Positions 27,049-34,867 of a stretch of DNA of 61,315 nt are shown one piece after another. The notes under the pieces are model-generated. The model did not search any database and was not told where the DNA came from. It saw nothing but the letters and a program-made list of their open reading frames with translations. This stretch comes from a virus. Taxonomy: Duplodnaviria; Caudoviricetes. The DNA lies in the IMG/VR virus record IMGVR_UViG_3300035665_000037, positions 1 through 61,315 of that record; one strand, written 5' to 3'. The position numbers and the translations under genes were made by a program. Numbering within the stretch: the stretch's first letter is position 1; every line of letters begins with the position of its first letter.

Positions 27049-27909
27049 ATGAAAAAAGTATTCAGTTCAAATTCACAACTTGCACACGTTTGGGCAAATC
27101 AGTTGCAACACGAAGGCCGTGCTTCAAGCATGTTCTTTTATGGCCCGGTTATTTATAGTTACGGGCATCATTACGAAATAGCCCGTTTTTTAGAAACGGA
27201 CGGCGGCCAAAAAGTTTGCTTCGTGAATGCCAACGGGTATTCAAATTCAACGGCCAAACATACGGCGCACGTTTGGGCCGCAATACCGGACGGGATACCA
27301 ACTTTTAAGGTACCCTTTGCAACGGGATCAACTTATTCGTACAATCGTCAACACTATATCAGTGTAGACATTTTGCCCGGAATAATTGCCGCAATGCTTG
27401 TGGAATGTAAAAATTTATGCCATGATCAAATCAAGGCCCGGACCAACTTTTATTCATTCAGTCAAGCGGCCGGACGTTATGAAACGATCGTTGAAATATG
27501 CCAACTTTTTAACATTGAGATCCCGGCCCGTCCTGAAAATTACGAAGCGGCCCGGATCAAGGCCGAACATTTGCGAAATACACAAGGTGAACGCCAACGG
27601 GCAAAAGAACAGAAGGAACTTGAAAAGGCCAAAGAATTATTGGCAAAGTGGCTTCAGCATGAATACAACGGCCAACTTTACAATATCCCGGTACATTTGC
27701 GAATATCAAGGGACGGCCGCTTAATTGAGACAACGAAAGGAGCAAAGGTAGATCTTCAGGCCGGGCTTCGTTTATTGGCAAAATTGCGCAACGGATCAGA
27801 CGTGAAAGGTGAAAAGATAGACGGCTTTACATTGATCGAGAATACTCTCGATCATGTAAAAATTGGATGCCATACTATTTCATGGCCGGTAATTAATCAA
27901 TTATTTTAA
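27049..27909 (+). CDS. Early hypothetical protein
   Basis: 286-aa ORF in the early operon. Confidence 0.8.
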   Translation: MKKVFSSNSQLAHVWANQLQHEGRASSMFFYGPVIYSYGHHYEIARFLETDGGQKVCFVNANGYSNSTAKHTAHVWAAIPDGIPTFKVPFATGSTYSYNRQHYISVDILPGIIAAMLVECKNLCHDQIKARTNFYSFSQAAGRYETIVEICQLFNIEIPARPENYEAARIKAEHLRNTQGERQRAKEQKELEKAKELLAKWLQHEYNGQLYNIPVHLRISRDGRLIETTKGAKVDLQAGLRLLAKLRNGSDVKGEKIDGFTLIENTLDHVKIGCHTISWPVINQLF

Positions 27910-27915
27910 ATAACC

Positions 27916-27945
27916 GGGACCGGTTACGGCCGGTCCCTATTTTAA
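27916..27945 (+). terminator. Hairpin / putative intrinsic terminator or processing site
   Basis: GGGACCGG-loop-CCGGTCCC followed by TATTTT. Confidence 0.5.
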
Positions 27946-27965
27946 ACCTACAAAAAAATAAAATT

Positions 27966-28424
27966 ATGGGACGTTCAGTAGATTATTTAAACAGATCAGA
28001 AAGGGTAAATTATTTTCAGTGGCCAACATTATGGGTATACGATGAAGATACCGATACAGACGTTGAAACGGACGAATTATGGGATGCTTCGGACGTTATA
28101 TCAGACATTCAGGAATATATAACGGACAAATATCCCGGCTTCGATAAGTGTAGCCGTTGGGACGGCCGGGAAACGCATATAATTTTAGAAGGATACGGGA
28201 CCGAAATTGGCCTTTCTGAATATTGCGGCCTTGCTACCTTGTCGATCCGTGTTGATGAAGGCCCGTTGGAATATAGCATGGACGATCAGGAATACGAAAC
28301 AGACAGACAGAAGGCACTAAATTGGATCCGGGATAATTGGGATCAGGCTTCTGAATATTGGAACCAATACAGAAAAATAGGGACCTTCAGCAACGGCGAA
28401 TCAGTATACGAAAAAGCAAATTAA
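27966..28424 (+). CDS. Acidic early protein
   Basis: 152 aa, D/E-rich, ends GTFSNGESVYEK. Confidence 0.75.
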   Translation: MGRSVDYLNRSERVNYFQWPTLWVYDEDTDTDVETDELWDASDVISDIQEYITDKYPGFDKCSRWDGRETHIILEGYGTEIGLSEYCGLATLSIRVDEGPLEYSMDDQEYETDRQKALNWIRDNWDQASEYWNQYRKIGTFSNGESVYEKAN

Positions 28425-28468
28425 TTAACCGGGAGCCGGGATCAGTCCCGGCCCCATAAAATTATCTT

Positions 28469-28693
28469 ATGGATAATTACGAACTATTAGCAAGGGTAAA
28501 ACATGAAGCCGGTACAAAGTTGCTTAACATTGGATCCGTTTTAAGAAATATTGATCAGGCCCTGAAAAGAAACGGCCATGAAAATTTAATGATCAGCGAA
28601 AAGTATAATGTTAGTGCATTGGATAGTATTGAAACGGCCATGAATAACCTTGAAGAAATTCATGAAATTTTTATTAAATACGAAAAATTATAA
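28469..28693 (+). CDS. Early hypothetical protein
   Basis: Operon packing. Confidence 0.65.
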   Translation: MDNYELLARVKHEAGTKLLNIGSVLRNIDQALKRNGHENLMISEKYNVSALDSIETAMNNLEEIHEIFIKYEKL

Positions 28694-28697
28694 TCAA

Positions 28698-28895
28698 ATG
28701 AACGACAAAATTTTGCAGTATGCAATGAACAACATTGCAAATATTACAACGGACGAAAAATTTTACGTAAGTGACAATAACATATACATAGAATTTAAAG
28801 ACGGACGTAACCTAAAAATATCAGAAGATGAAGTAAGGTATCAAGCAACTGAATACCTACAGAGTGAAATATCATACATAAAAAATAAATTTTAA
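28698..28895 (+). CDS. Early hypothetical protein
   Basis: Likely start MNDKILQY after the previous stop. Confidence 0.6.
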   Translation: MNDKILQYAMNNIANITTDEKFYVSDNNIYIEFKDGRNLKISEDEVRYQATEYLQSEISYIKNKF

Positions 28896-28900
28896 TCAGC

Positions 28901-29152
28901 ATGAACAAAACAGATTTCTTTATCAAACATGGGCATCAACTTGTAAAAGTAAACAATGACGATGCAGAAACGGGAGACTATCAATTATTTGCTCCTGAAG
29001 AAAGTAACCGGGCCAACGAATACATGAAGGCCGGGTACATGATTGCGTCCATATACGAAGATACGGACGGGACCGAACGGGTTGCATTGGATAACGATGC
29101 CGGAACATCGTTTCATAAGATCGGATATTTAGTATTAACAAATAAAATTTAA
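28901..29152 (+). CDS. Early hypothetical protein
   Basis: Operon packing. Confidence 0.65.
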   Translation: MNKTDFFIKHGHQLVKVNNDDAETGDYQLFAPEESNRANEYMKAGYMIASIYEDTDGTERVALDNDAGTSFHKIGYLVLTNKI

Positions 29153-29158
29153 TCAGGC

Positions 29159-29356
29159 ATGAACGCAAAACAACTTTACGAATTTCTGCATGAAATTACA
29201 GAGACGGGCATTGACTTATCAAAAGTTACCCTGAATTATCGTTACGATGATGATTCAGACGTGGAAATAATTACGTCCGTTGACGAGGATCTATTCGATC
29301 CTGAAACCAATAACATATTAACCTCAATCATTTTTAAAACTATCAGCGATGAGTAA
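29159..29356 (+). CDS. Early acidic protein
   Basis: Operon packing. Confidence 0.65.
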   Translation: MNAKQLYEFLHEITETGIDLSKVTLNYRYDDDSDVEIITSVDEDLFDPETNNILTSIIFKTISDE

Positions 29357-29546
29357 AATTTATTTAGGTATTGCCGGTATTGTTTCACATGATGAACATA
29401 CCACTACAGAATATAACAAATTGTTGAAAGTTTTAGGGACCGAAGGAATGCTTATGCAATTTGAAAGATGGGCAGATACGGATACGATAAGAGAAATAAT
29501 CGAATACGCAAAGGATAATCTATTTGAAAACAACATTAAAATTTAA
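29349..29546 (+). CDS. Early hypothetical protein
   Basis: Overlaps the previous stop. Confidence 0.65.
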   Translation: MSKIYLGIAGIVSHDEHTTTEYNKLLKVLGTEGMLMQFERWADTDTIREIIEYAKDNLFENNIKI

Positions 29547-29551
29547 ACGCC

Positions 29552-29980
29552 ATGACTAAAGAAGAAAAATTTTTAAAAGCAATTATCGAAGAAATAAATT
29601 GCTTCGATAGTGATCAGTTAGTACAACTGAATAACACGTATTGCGACAACGTAAATTATCCGGACGATCAGATCTATTCAAACGATGCCAACTTTTTTGC
29701 GGACAATTTCAGCGACATGATGGAGGCCGTCCGGGCCGTATCTTATGGAGACTACAACTATACCCATGATTGGGTAACGTACAACGGATACGGGAACCTT
29801 GTAACGATGAGTAGTGTAGGCACGGACGATCTATGTGAAAACATTGAGATCATTGCAGAGAATGTTTCTGAAAACTTTTCAGATTATGACTACTTGTTCG
29901 ACATTGACGAGGATGATTTCGAGGACGATGAAGAAGAAGAAGAAACGGACGAGGACGATGATACCCATTTGGAACCTTAA
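29552..29980 (+). CDS. Highly acidic early protein (possible DNA mimic)
   Basis: Very D/E-rich with few basic residues; YNGYGNL motif; poly-acidic tail. Confidence 0.7.
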   Translation: MTKEEKFLKAIIEEINCFDSDQLVQLNNTYCDNVNYPDDQIYSNDANFFADNFSDMMEAVRAVSYGDYNYTHDWVTYNGYGNLVTMSSVGTDDLCENIEIIAENVSENFSDYDYLFDIDEDDFEDDEEEEETDEDDDTHLEP

Positions 29981-29991
29981 AAATTTATGCC

Positions 29992-30261
29992 ATGAGTATT
30001 GACAAACTAATTGAGTTATCAGAGAAGCAGACCAAACTACTGAAGGAGTTAAAAGAATCCTTGCACTACGAATCATGCACCTACGATGTCCGGGAGATAC
30101 CCGGATATGACGTTGCTTCAATGCAAAAGAAGTACATGATTTTTGAAATAGCAACGGGCAAGGAAGTTACGTTTGGATACAGAGAGGGATTGCTTCGTTG
30201 GTTTGATCTTCGCAACATACCACAACATAAAATACATAACATTCAAATTTTAATCAAATGA
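29992..30261 (+). CDS. Early hypothetical protein
   Basis: Operon packing. Confidence 0.65.
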   Translation: MSIDKLIELSEKQTKLLKELKESLHYESCTYDVREIPGYDVASMQKKYMIFEIATGKEVTFGYREGLLRWFDLRNIPQHKIHNIQILIK

Positions 30262-30704
30262 CAAACGAACAAAAGATGCGGACATTATTCAGAGTGTACT
30301 ATGATCAATGCCCGGACGAACGAATTGAGTACACGGCAGAAAGTGATACTCAAGTATGGATCGTGATGAGAGGAATTGAGTTAACCTACATGGAGTATCA
30401 GGGTGAGCATCAGCCTATCTTTTTATGCGGACGACTTGATGACATTTATTATTTCAAGACGTATGATGAATGCGAAAAGGTTTGGTGCATGGGAGAGGAT
30501 GAAGTCCTTGCCTACAAAAAGTCCTTAGAGGAGCCGAGCCGGGAGGAGATGATCCGGGCATTGACAAGGTATGAATTGGATTATTTTTTAGGTGAACCTT
30601 CGTTGGTCAGGGAACTTACAAAGTTTTTCAGCGAAGGAGGATTCATTCATTATACGGACAACGGGATAAAAGAATTGTATAACGATAAAATTTTAGGACA
30701 ATGA
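30258..30704 (+). CDS. Early hypothetical protein
   Basis: ATGA overlap. Confidence 0.7.
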   Translation: MTNEQKMRTLFRVYYDQCPDERIEYTAESDTQVWIVMRGIELTYMEYQGEHQPIFLCGRLDDIYYFKTYDECEKVWCMGEDEVLAYKKSLEEPSREEMIRALTRYELDYFLGEPSLVRELTKFFSEGGFIHYTDNGIKELYNDKILGQ

Positions 30705-30895
30705 AAACAAGAGTATACGCTATTGATCTGTACGAACTTGATACAGAGATCCCGGTATGGGACCTTGATGACGATAACTTTATGGACCTTGCCGAGCAGC
30801 AGGGTAAAGTATGGACGCTTCAGGGATTCGAGAACGCATTTAATAACGAACAAATATCAGACACTTGGATAATCAGAATTATTAATCACAATTAA
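30701..30895 (+). CDS. Early acidic protein
   Basis: ATGA overlap; FMDLAEQQGKVWTLQGFENAFN. Confidence 0.7.
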   Translation: MKTRVYAIDLYELDTEIPVWDLDDDNFMDLAEQQGKVWTLQGFENAFNNEQISDTWIIRIINHN

Positions 30896-30906
30896 AATTA
30901 AATCAA

Positions 30907-31374
30907 ATGTTAAACGAACAACAAAGAAAGGACCTTGTAGATGAAATCTACGATTGGATTATGTCAAACGATGAGATGGGATTAGGAGAGATGGGGGATG
31001 CCGTTGATGAAGCCGAGAGAATAGTAAACAAATGGGAGAAGCGGACAGAGAAACCGGATCTTGAAGCCCGGTATTCACAACTTGCTTATGATTCAACACA
31101 AGAGTTGAGGCAGTTGGTTAGCGAAGGCGTTGTGTTATGGCCCCACGACACAGATGAGGACGATGATATGAATGTTATCTATGATTTGCCAATAACATAT
31201 TGGGTTGGTAAGCATGGGGATTATACAGAGTATGCCATCGTTCGAGTAGAAAAAGGACTTAAATTTATAGGACGATCCTTAAGTGATGGCGTTGATGACG
31301 AGATGACTTTTGGATTAGGGGACTTAAATCTGTCTGTAATTATTGACATAATAAATGAAATCAAATCAAAATGA
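30907..31374 (+). CDS. Early acidic protein
   Basis: 155 aa, AAATCAA leader. Confidence 0.7.
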   Translation: MLNEQQRKDLVDEIYDWIMSNDEMGLGEMGDAVDEAERIVNKWEKRTEKPDLEARYSQLAYDSTQELRQLVSEGVVLWPHDTDEDDDMNVIYDLPITYWVGKHGDYTEYAIVRVEKGLKFIGRSLSDGVDDEMTFGLGDLNLSVIIDIINEIKSK

Positions 31375-31598
31375 ACAAGTATTTAACAATTCTATTGGCG
31401 GTAACGCCAACGTACGTATCGGTATTTTGTACGCCGGTATGGGCAACTATTGTCATGGCGGTAGCCACGATCATTGCGGTAATCATTACCGGGAAGATAG
31501 AGGAGGACGAGTGGCTGACTAAATTGATGCGCCTTGTATGGGCTATTCACCTGACGGGTATCTTATTATCAATCACCATTCATAATACAATACTATGA
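31371..31598 (+). CDS. Small membrane protein
   Basis: Hydrophobic helices; ATGA overlap. Confidence 0.65.
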   Translation: MNKYLTILLAVTPTYVSVFCTPVWATIVMAVATIIAVIITGKIEEDEWLTKLMRLVWAIHLTGILLSITIHNTIL

Positions 31599-31783
31599 CA
31601 CATGATGAGAGAATCGTCCTCATTCAGGGACTGAATGATCGACTACTTTATTTAAGCGAGGAGGATCGCAAACAATTTCTTGCCTACCTTGATGCACTAT
31701 ACGATGTGTACCCGGTACCACGAGTAGTGTACTATGGCAAGGATATAAAACACGAACAACATGGAGAGAGAATTTCTTTTTAA
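31595..31783 (+). CDS. Hypothetical protein
   Basis: ATGA overlap. Confidence 0.6.
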   Translation: MTHDERIVLIQGLNDRLLYLSEEDRKQFLAYLDALYDVYPVPRVVYYGKDIKHEQHGERISF

Positions 31784-31919
31784 GGTATACTACGGGAACA
31801 TACTTATCAGGACCATCGTGGCCCATACAAAGTGGGAAGCGGTTGAGAAGGTATATAGCCGCTACAACCTTGACTATCCGGGTATGATCAGAAGTAAACT
31901 TAAAGCAATAAAATCATGA
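31761..31919 (+). CDS. Hypothetical protein (52 aa; not in ORF track)
   Basis: MEREFLFKVYYGNILIRTIVAHTKWEAVEKVYSRY...; ends in ATGA overlap with 31916. Confidence 0.6.
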   Translation: MEREFLFKVYYGNILIRTIVAHTKWEAVEKVYSRYNLDYPGMIRSKLKAIKS

Positions 31920-32110
31920 CAGAAATAATAATCAGAGGACACGAGATCGACCGAAGGGTTGAGGTCCACATCGAAGGTGAGTTGAAGGACATCGTAACCA
32001 CGTTGGCGGCAGCCATTATGAACGATCAAAATTTTGGGACCTTGATCATCACGGCCCTTGCGTTTCTTGCAGAGGAGAAAACAAAATTTCCTGACATCAA
32101 TCCCAACTAA
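31916..32110 (+). CDS. Hypothetical protein
   Basis: 64 aa, operon packing. Confidence 0.6.
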   Translation: MTEIIIRGHEIDRRVEVHIEGELKDIVTTLAAAIMNDQNFGTLIITALAFLAEEKTKFPDINPN

Positions 32111-32111
32111 A

Positions 32112-32264
32112 ATGAAAGAGAGAATAAAGATCCTCATGGAGTTTTTTTACTTCATATTTATTGCGACACCAATCTTTGTGATCGTGATCAGTAGCGTGTA
32201 TATCTTTTTCTTTTTCTATGATTGTTACAACCTTATAAAAAAGTTATATGCAAAAGTTTTTTAA
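32112..32264 (+). CDS. Small membrane protein
   Basis: Start MKERIKIL at 32112; hydrophobic core. Confidence 0.55.
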   Translation: MKERIKILMEFFYFIFIATPIFVIVISSVYIFFFFYDCYNLIKKLYAKVF

Positions 32265-32544
32265 ATCACCGGACGGAATGTATTACATGGACGTATCAAG
32301 TAAGGCGTTCGTTATCTATGACACCAAGATCTTTGATCTGTATGCGGTATGGCAGAAGGAAGGAACGACCTACCGGATACCAATCACAGAGAGATCGGAT
32401 ATTCAGGTGGCCTTCGACTACCAAAAATACGTGTGCATTGAGGTCCCCTACCAATGCCAATGCAATGTGGATAAGTGGGCAGAAGCGGACAAGATACTCC
32501 ATAACGGATACATCTACGTAAGATACTCAGATATTAAACCATAA
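32248..32544 (+). CDS. Hypothetical protein
   Basis: 98 aa, last gene of the early block. Confidence 0.6.
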   Translation: MQKFFKSPDGMYYMDVSSKAFVIYDTKIFDLYAVWQKEGTTYRIPITERSDIQVAFDYQKYVCIEVPYQCQCNVDKWAEADKILHNGYIYVRYSDIKP

Positions 32545-32610
32545 TTATACATGTTCACATATCATAAACCTTGTTTATGATAGTATTCATAGGGAAAATG
32601 TGTAAAAAAA

Positions 32611-32643
32611 TTTGACGAGTATTGAACATATTCACTATCTTTG
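32611..32643 (+). promoter_or_regulatory. Bacteroidota-type promoter for the recombination/replication operon
   Basis: TTTG (32611) ... TATCTTTG (32636-32643). Confidence 0.7.
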
Positions 32644-32665
32644 ACGTCCAATTAAATCAAATCAA

Positions 32666-32968
32666 ATGAAAGTTGACATCTTTAATCAGTATGTGGAAAG
32701 AGTTACAGAACTCTTTGGAATAAACAAGGAAAAATTATTCTCTAAAACAAAGGAGAGAGAACTCGTTGACGCAAGATACTTACTCTACTATCTATGCTAC
32801 AAGCGTCCAATGGGATTGAATTACATTCAGAAATACATGGCCGACAATGGCTACGAGATCAAGCATTCTACATTGATCTACGGAATTGGCAATGTTGAGA
32901 AACGTGTCAAGGAAGATGCTGACTATATGCAAATAGTCAAGGATATTCAGAAAGCAGTATTCATTTAA
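32666..32968 (+). CDS. DnaA domain IV-like HTH protein
   Basis: LFSKTKERELVDARYLLYYL...IKHSTLIYGIGNVE. Confidence 0.65.
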   Translation: MKVDIFNQYVERVTELFGINKEKLFSKTKERELVDARYLLYYLCYKRPMGLNYIQKYMADNGYEIKHSTLIYGIGNVEKRVKEDADYMQIVKDIQKAVFI

Positions 32969-32988
32969 TCACTTATAAACCTACAATT

Positions 32989-33645
32989 ATGTCAGAAAAA
33001 AAACTGACGGTCTTCGAGAGACTGTCAAGCATCAACGTCAATGACCATGTCGAAAAGAAGGACGGCCTCACTTATTTATCGTGGGCTTGGGCATGGTCTG
33101 TAACCAAGAAGGAATGCCCGGACGCATCCTACACTATTCTTCCAACCGATTACGATGAGGACTTGGGATTCATGTGCCACACTTCCGTAACCATCGAAGG
33201 ACAGACACTTGAGATGTGGCTGCCGGTAATGGATGGGAAGAACAAGAGCATGAAGAAGAAGGCTTACTCCTATTCAACAAAGTATGGGGACAAGAGTGTC
33301 GAGGCCGCTACAACCTTTGACATCAACAAAACCATGATGCGTTGTCTTGTTAAGAACCTTGCCATGTTTGGACTTGGGATCTACATCTATGCAGGAGAAG
33401 ATCTTCCTGAATCTGAATCTCAGGAGAAAGCGAAGGCACCTGCAACTCCACCGGCTGCAGCCCAACCAAAGAAAACAGAGGGAGACTTGATCGAACTCAA
33501 GAAGGGTACAGATAATTGGAACAATGTAGTCAAGTATGTTACGGCCAACAAGGCTCAAGGCATTGAGGCTATTGGTAAGCAGCTAACTCGTAAGTATAAA
33601 ATTTCACCGGCACTTAAAAAAGAAATAGCAGAACTATGCAAGTAA
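32989..33645 (+). CDS. Sak/Rad52-like single-strand annealing protein (DUF1071-like)
   Basis: GLTYLSWAWAW, MWLPVMD, INKTMMRCLVKNLAMFGLGIYIYAGEDLP. Confidence 0.85.
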   Translation: MSEKKLTVFERLSSINVNDHVEKKDGLTYLSWAWAWSVTKKECPDASYTILPTDYDEDLGFMCHTSVTIEGQTLEMWLPVMDGKNKSMKKKAYSYSTKYGDKSVEAATTFDINKTMMRCLVKNLAMFGLGIYIYAGEDLPESESQEKAKAPATPPAAAQPKKTEGDLIELKKGTDNWNNVVKYVTANKAQGIEAIGKQLTRKYKISPALKKEIAELCK

Positions 33646-34367
33646 TTGATAAACTACGAGATGACCACGAGTATTATCGTGGCATTGGGAAGAACTACCT
33701 TTCCAACTCTGACATCGGAGCATTGTTAACCAACCCCAAATCCTTCAGGGAAGAAAGGGAGGACAATAAAAGTTTTGCTGAAGGTAGACTCTTTCATCAG
33801 TTGATCTTGGAACCTGAAAAGGTTGACAAGGTCGTAAGTGTGGACGTCAGCACCCGGAACACAAAGGAGTATAAGGCTTTTTGTGCGGATAACAACCTTG
33901 ATTTTGCTCTCTTAACCAAAGAGGTAGAGGAGATCCATAAACTTGTGGGTGTGATCAAAGCCAACATTGTATTCTACGATGACATCTACCGGGAAGGTAA
34001 CGTGTACGAGGAGCCGGCCATTGGTACCATCAAGGGTATGCAATGGAAGGGTAAAGCGGACATCATTACTCCTGACTATATTATTGACCTGAAGACTACT
34101 TCGGACATCAACAAGTTCAAGTGGTCAGCCAAAGCGTATAACTACGATTCGCAGTGCTACATCTACGAGCAGTTGTTCGGTAAGCCCTTGTACTTCTACG
34201 TGATCGACAAGGAGACGGCGCAGCTTGGTGTATTCAGACCATCAGAAAACTTTGTTACCAATGGCGAAGCGAAGGTTGAGAGAGCCATTCAGGTATACGA
34301 AAAATACTTCGGGCCGAGTGCTACGGAGGACATAGACAATCATTTTATTAACGAAACATTAGATTAA
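33636..34367 (+). CDS. PD-(D/E)XK exonuclease (RecE/ExoVIII-like)
   Basis: LSNSDI, KGKADII...IIDLKTT, YDSQCYIY. Confidence 0.8.
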   Translation: MQVIDKLRDDHEYYRGIGKNYLSNSDIGALLTNPKSFREEREDNKSFAEGRLFHQLILEPEKVDKVVSVDVSTRNTKEYKAFCADNNLDFALLTKEVEEIHKLVGVIKANIVFYDDIYREGNVYEEPAIGTIKGMQWKGKADIITPDYIIDLKTTSDINKFKWSAKAYNYDSQCYIYEQLFGKPLYFYVIDKETAQLGVFRPSENFVTNGEAKVERAIQVYEKYFGPSATEDIDNHFINETLD

Positions 34368-34369
34368 TC

Positions 34370-34654
34370 ATGGAAAATCAAGAACGCATCTTTGCAGACG
34401 GCTTTATCTTCAAACGTAATGAGAAAGCCCCCGAGTTTGTAATCGGAAGTATTTCAGTAAAGGTTGACGAGGCCATCACCTTTCTCAAGAACAACGAGAA
34501 GAAGGGATGGGTGAACCTTCAGATCAAGAAGGGACGCAGTGGAAACCCTTACATAGAGCTTGACACCTTTGAACCGAAGGCGAAGACTGAGGCCAAGCCT
34601 AAAGAGGCACCGGCTCCGGAACCGGAGGAAGAAGATGGTGATCTACCGTTTTAA
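34370..34654 (+). CDS. Putative single-stranded DNA-binding protein
   Basis: Small beta-rich protein with acidic DGDLPF tail. Confidence 0.65.
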   Translation: MENQERIFADGFIFKRNEKAPEFVIGSISVKVDEAITFLKNNEKKGWVNLQIKKGRSGNPYIELDTFEPKAKTEAKPKEAPAPEPEEEDGDLPF

Positions 34655-34672
34655 GTCCCATAGCTAATCGAA

Positions 34673-34700
34673 TGGGGGGTTTCTACCCCCTTTCTTTTTC
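34673..34700 (+). terminator. Intrinsic terminator
   Basis: GGGGGT-ttct-ACCCCC followed by TTTCTTTTT. Confidence 0.7.
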
Positions 34701-34867
34701 TGTCAGCAATGTCGTTTTTATCCTTCCCTATCTCTCTATATATATTTTATATATTATTATTATTCTATAGAATATAGAGTAAAGTTAAAATTGACATAAT
34801 CGACATCGACTTAATAATCAATTAGTTAGACGACATATTTTCGACATAACCTTGACATTTATGACAT
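34700..34867. repeat. Origin-like element B upstream of the primase-helicase
   Basis: YGACAT at 34792, 34801, 34831, 34842, 34853, 34862; inverted ATGTCG at 34709; AT-rich core; AATCAATTAGTTA. Confidence 0.7.
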
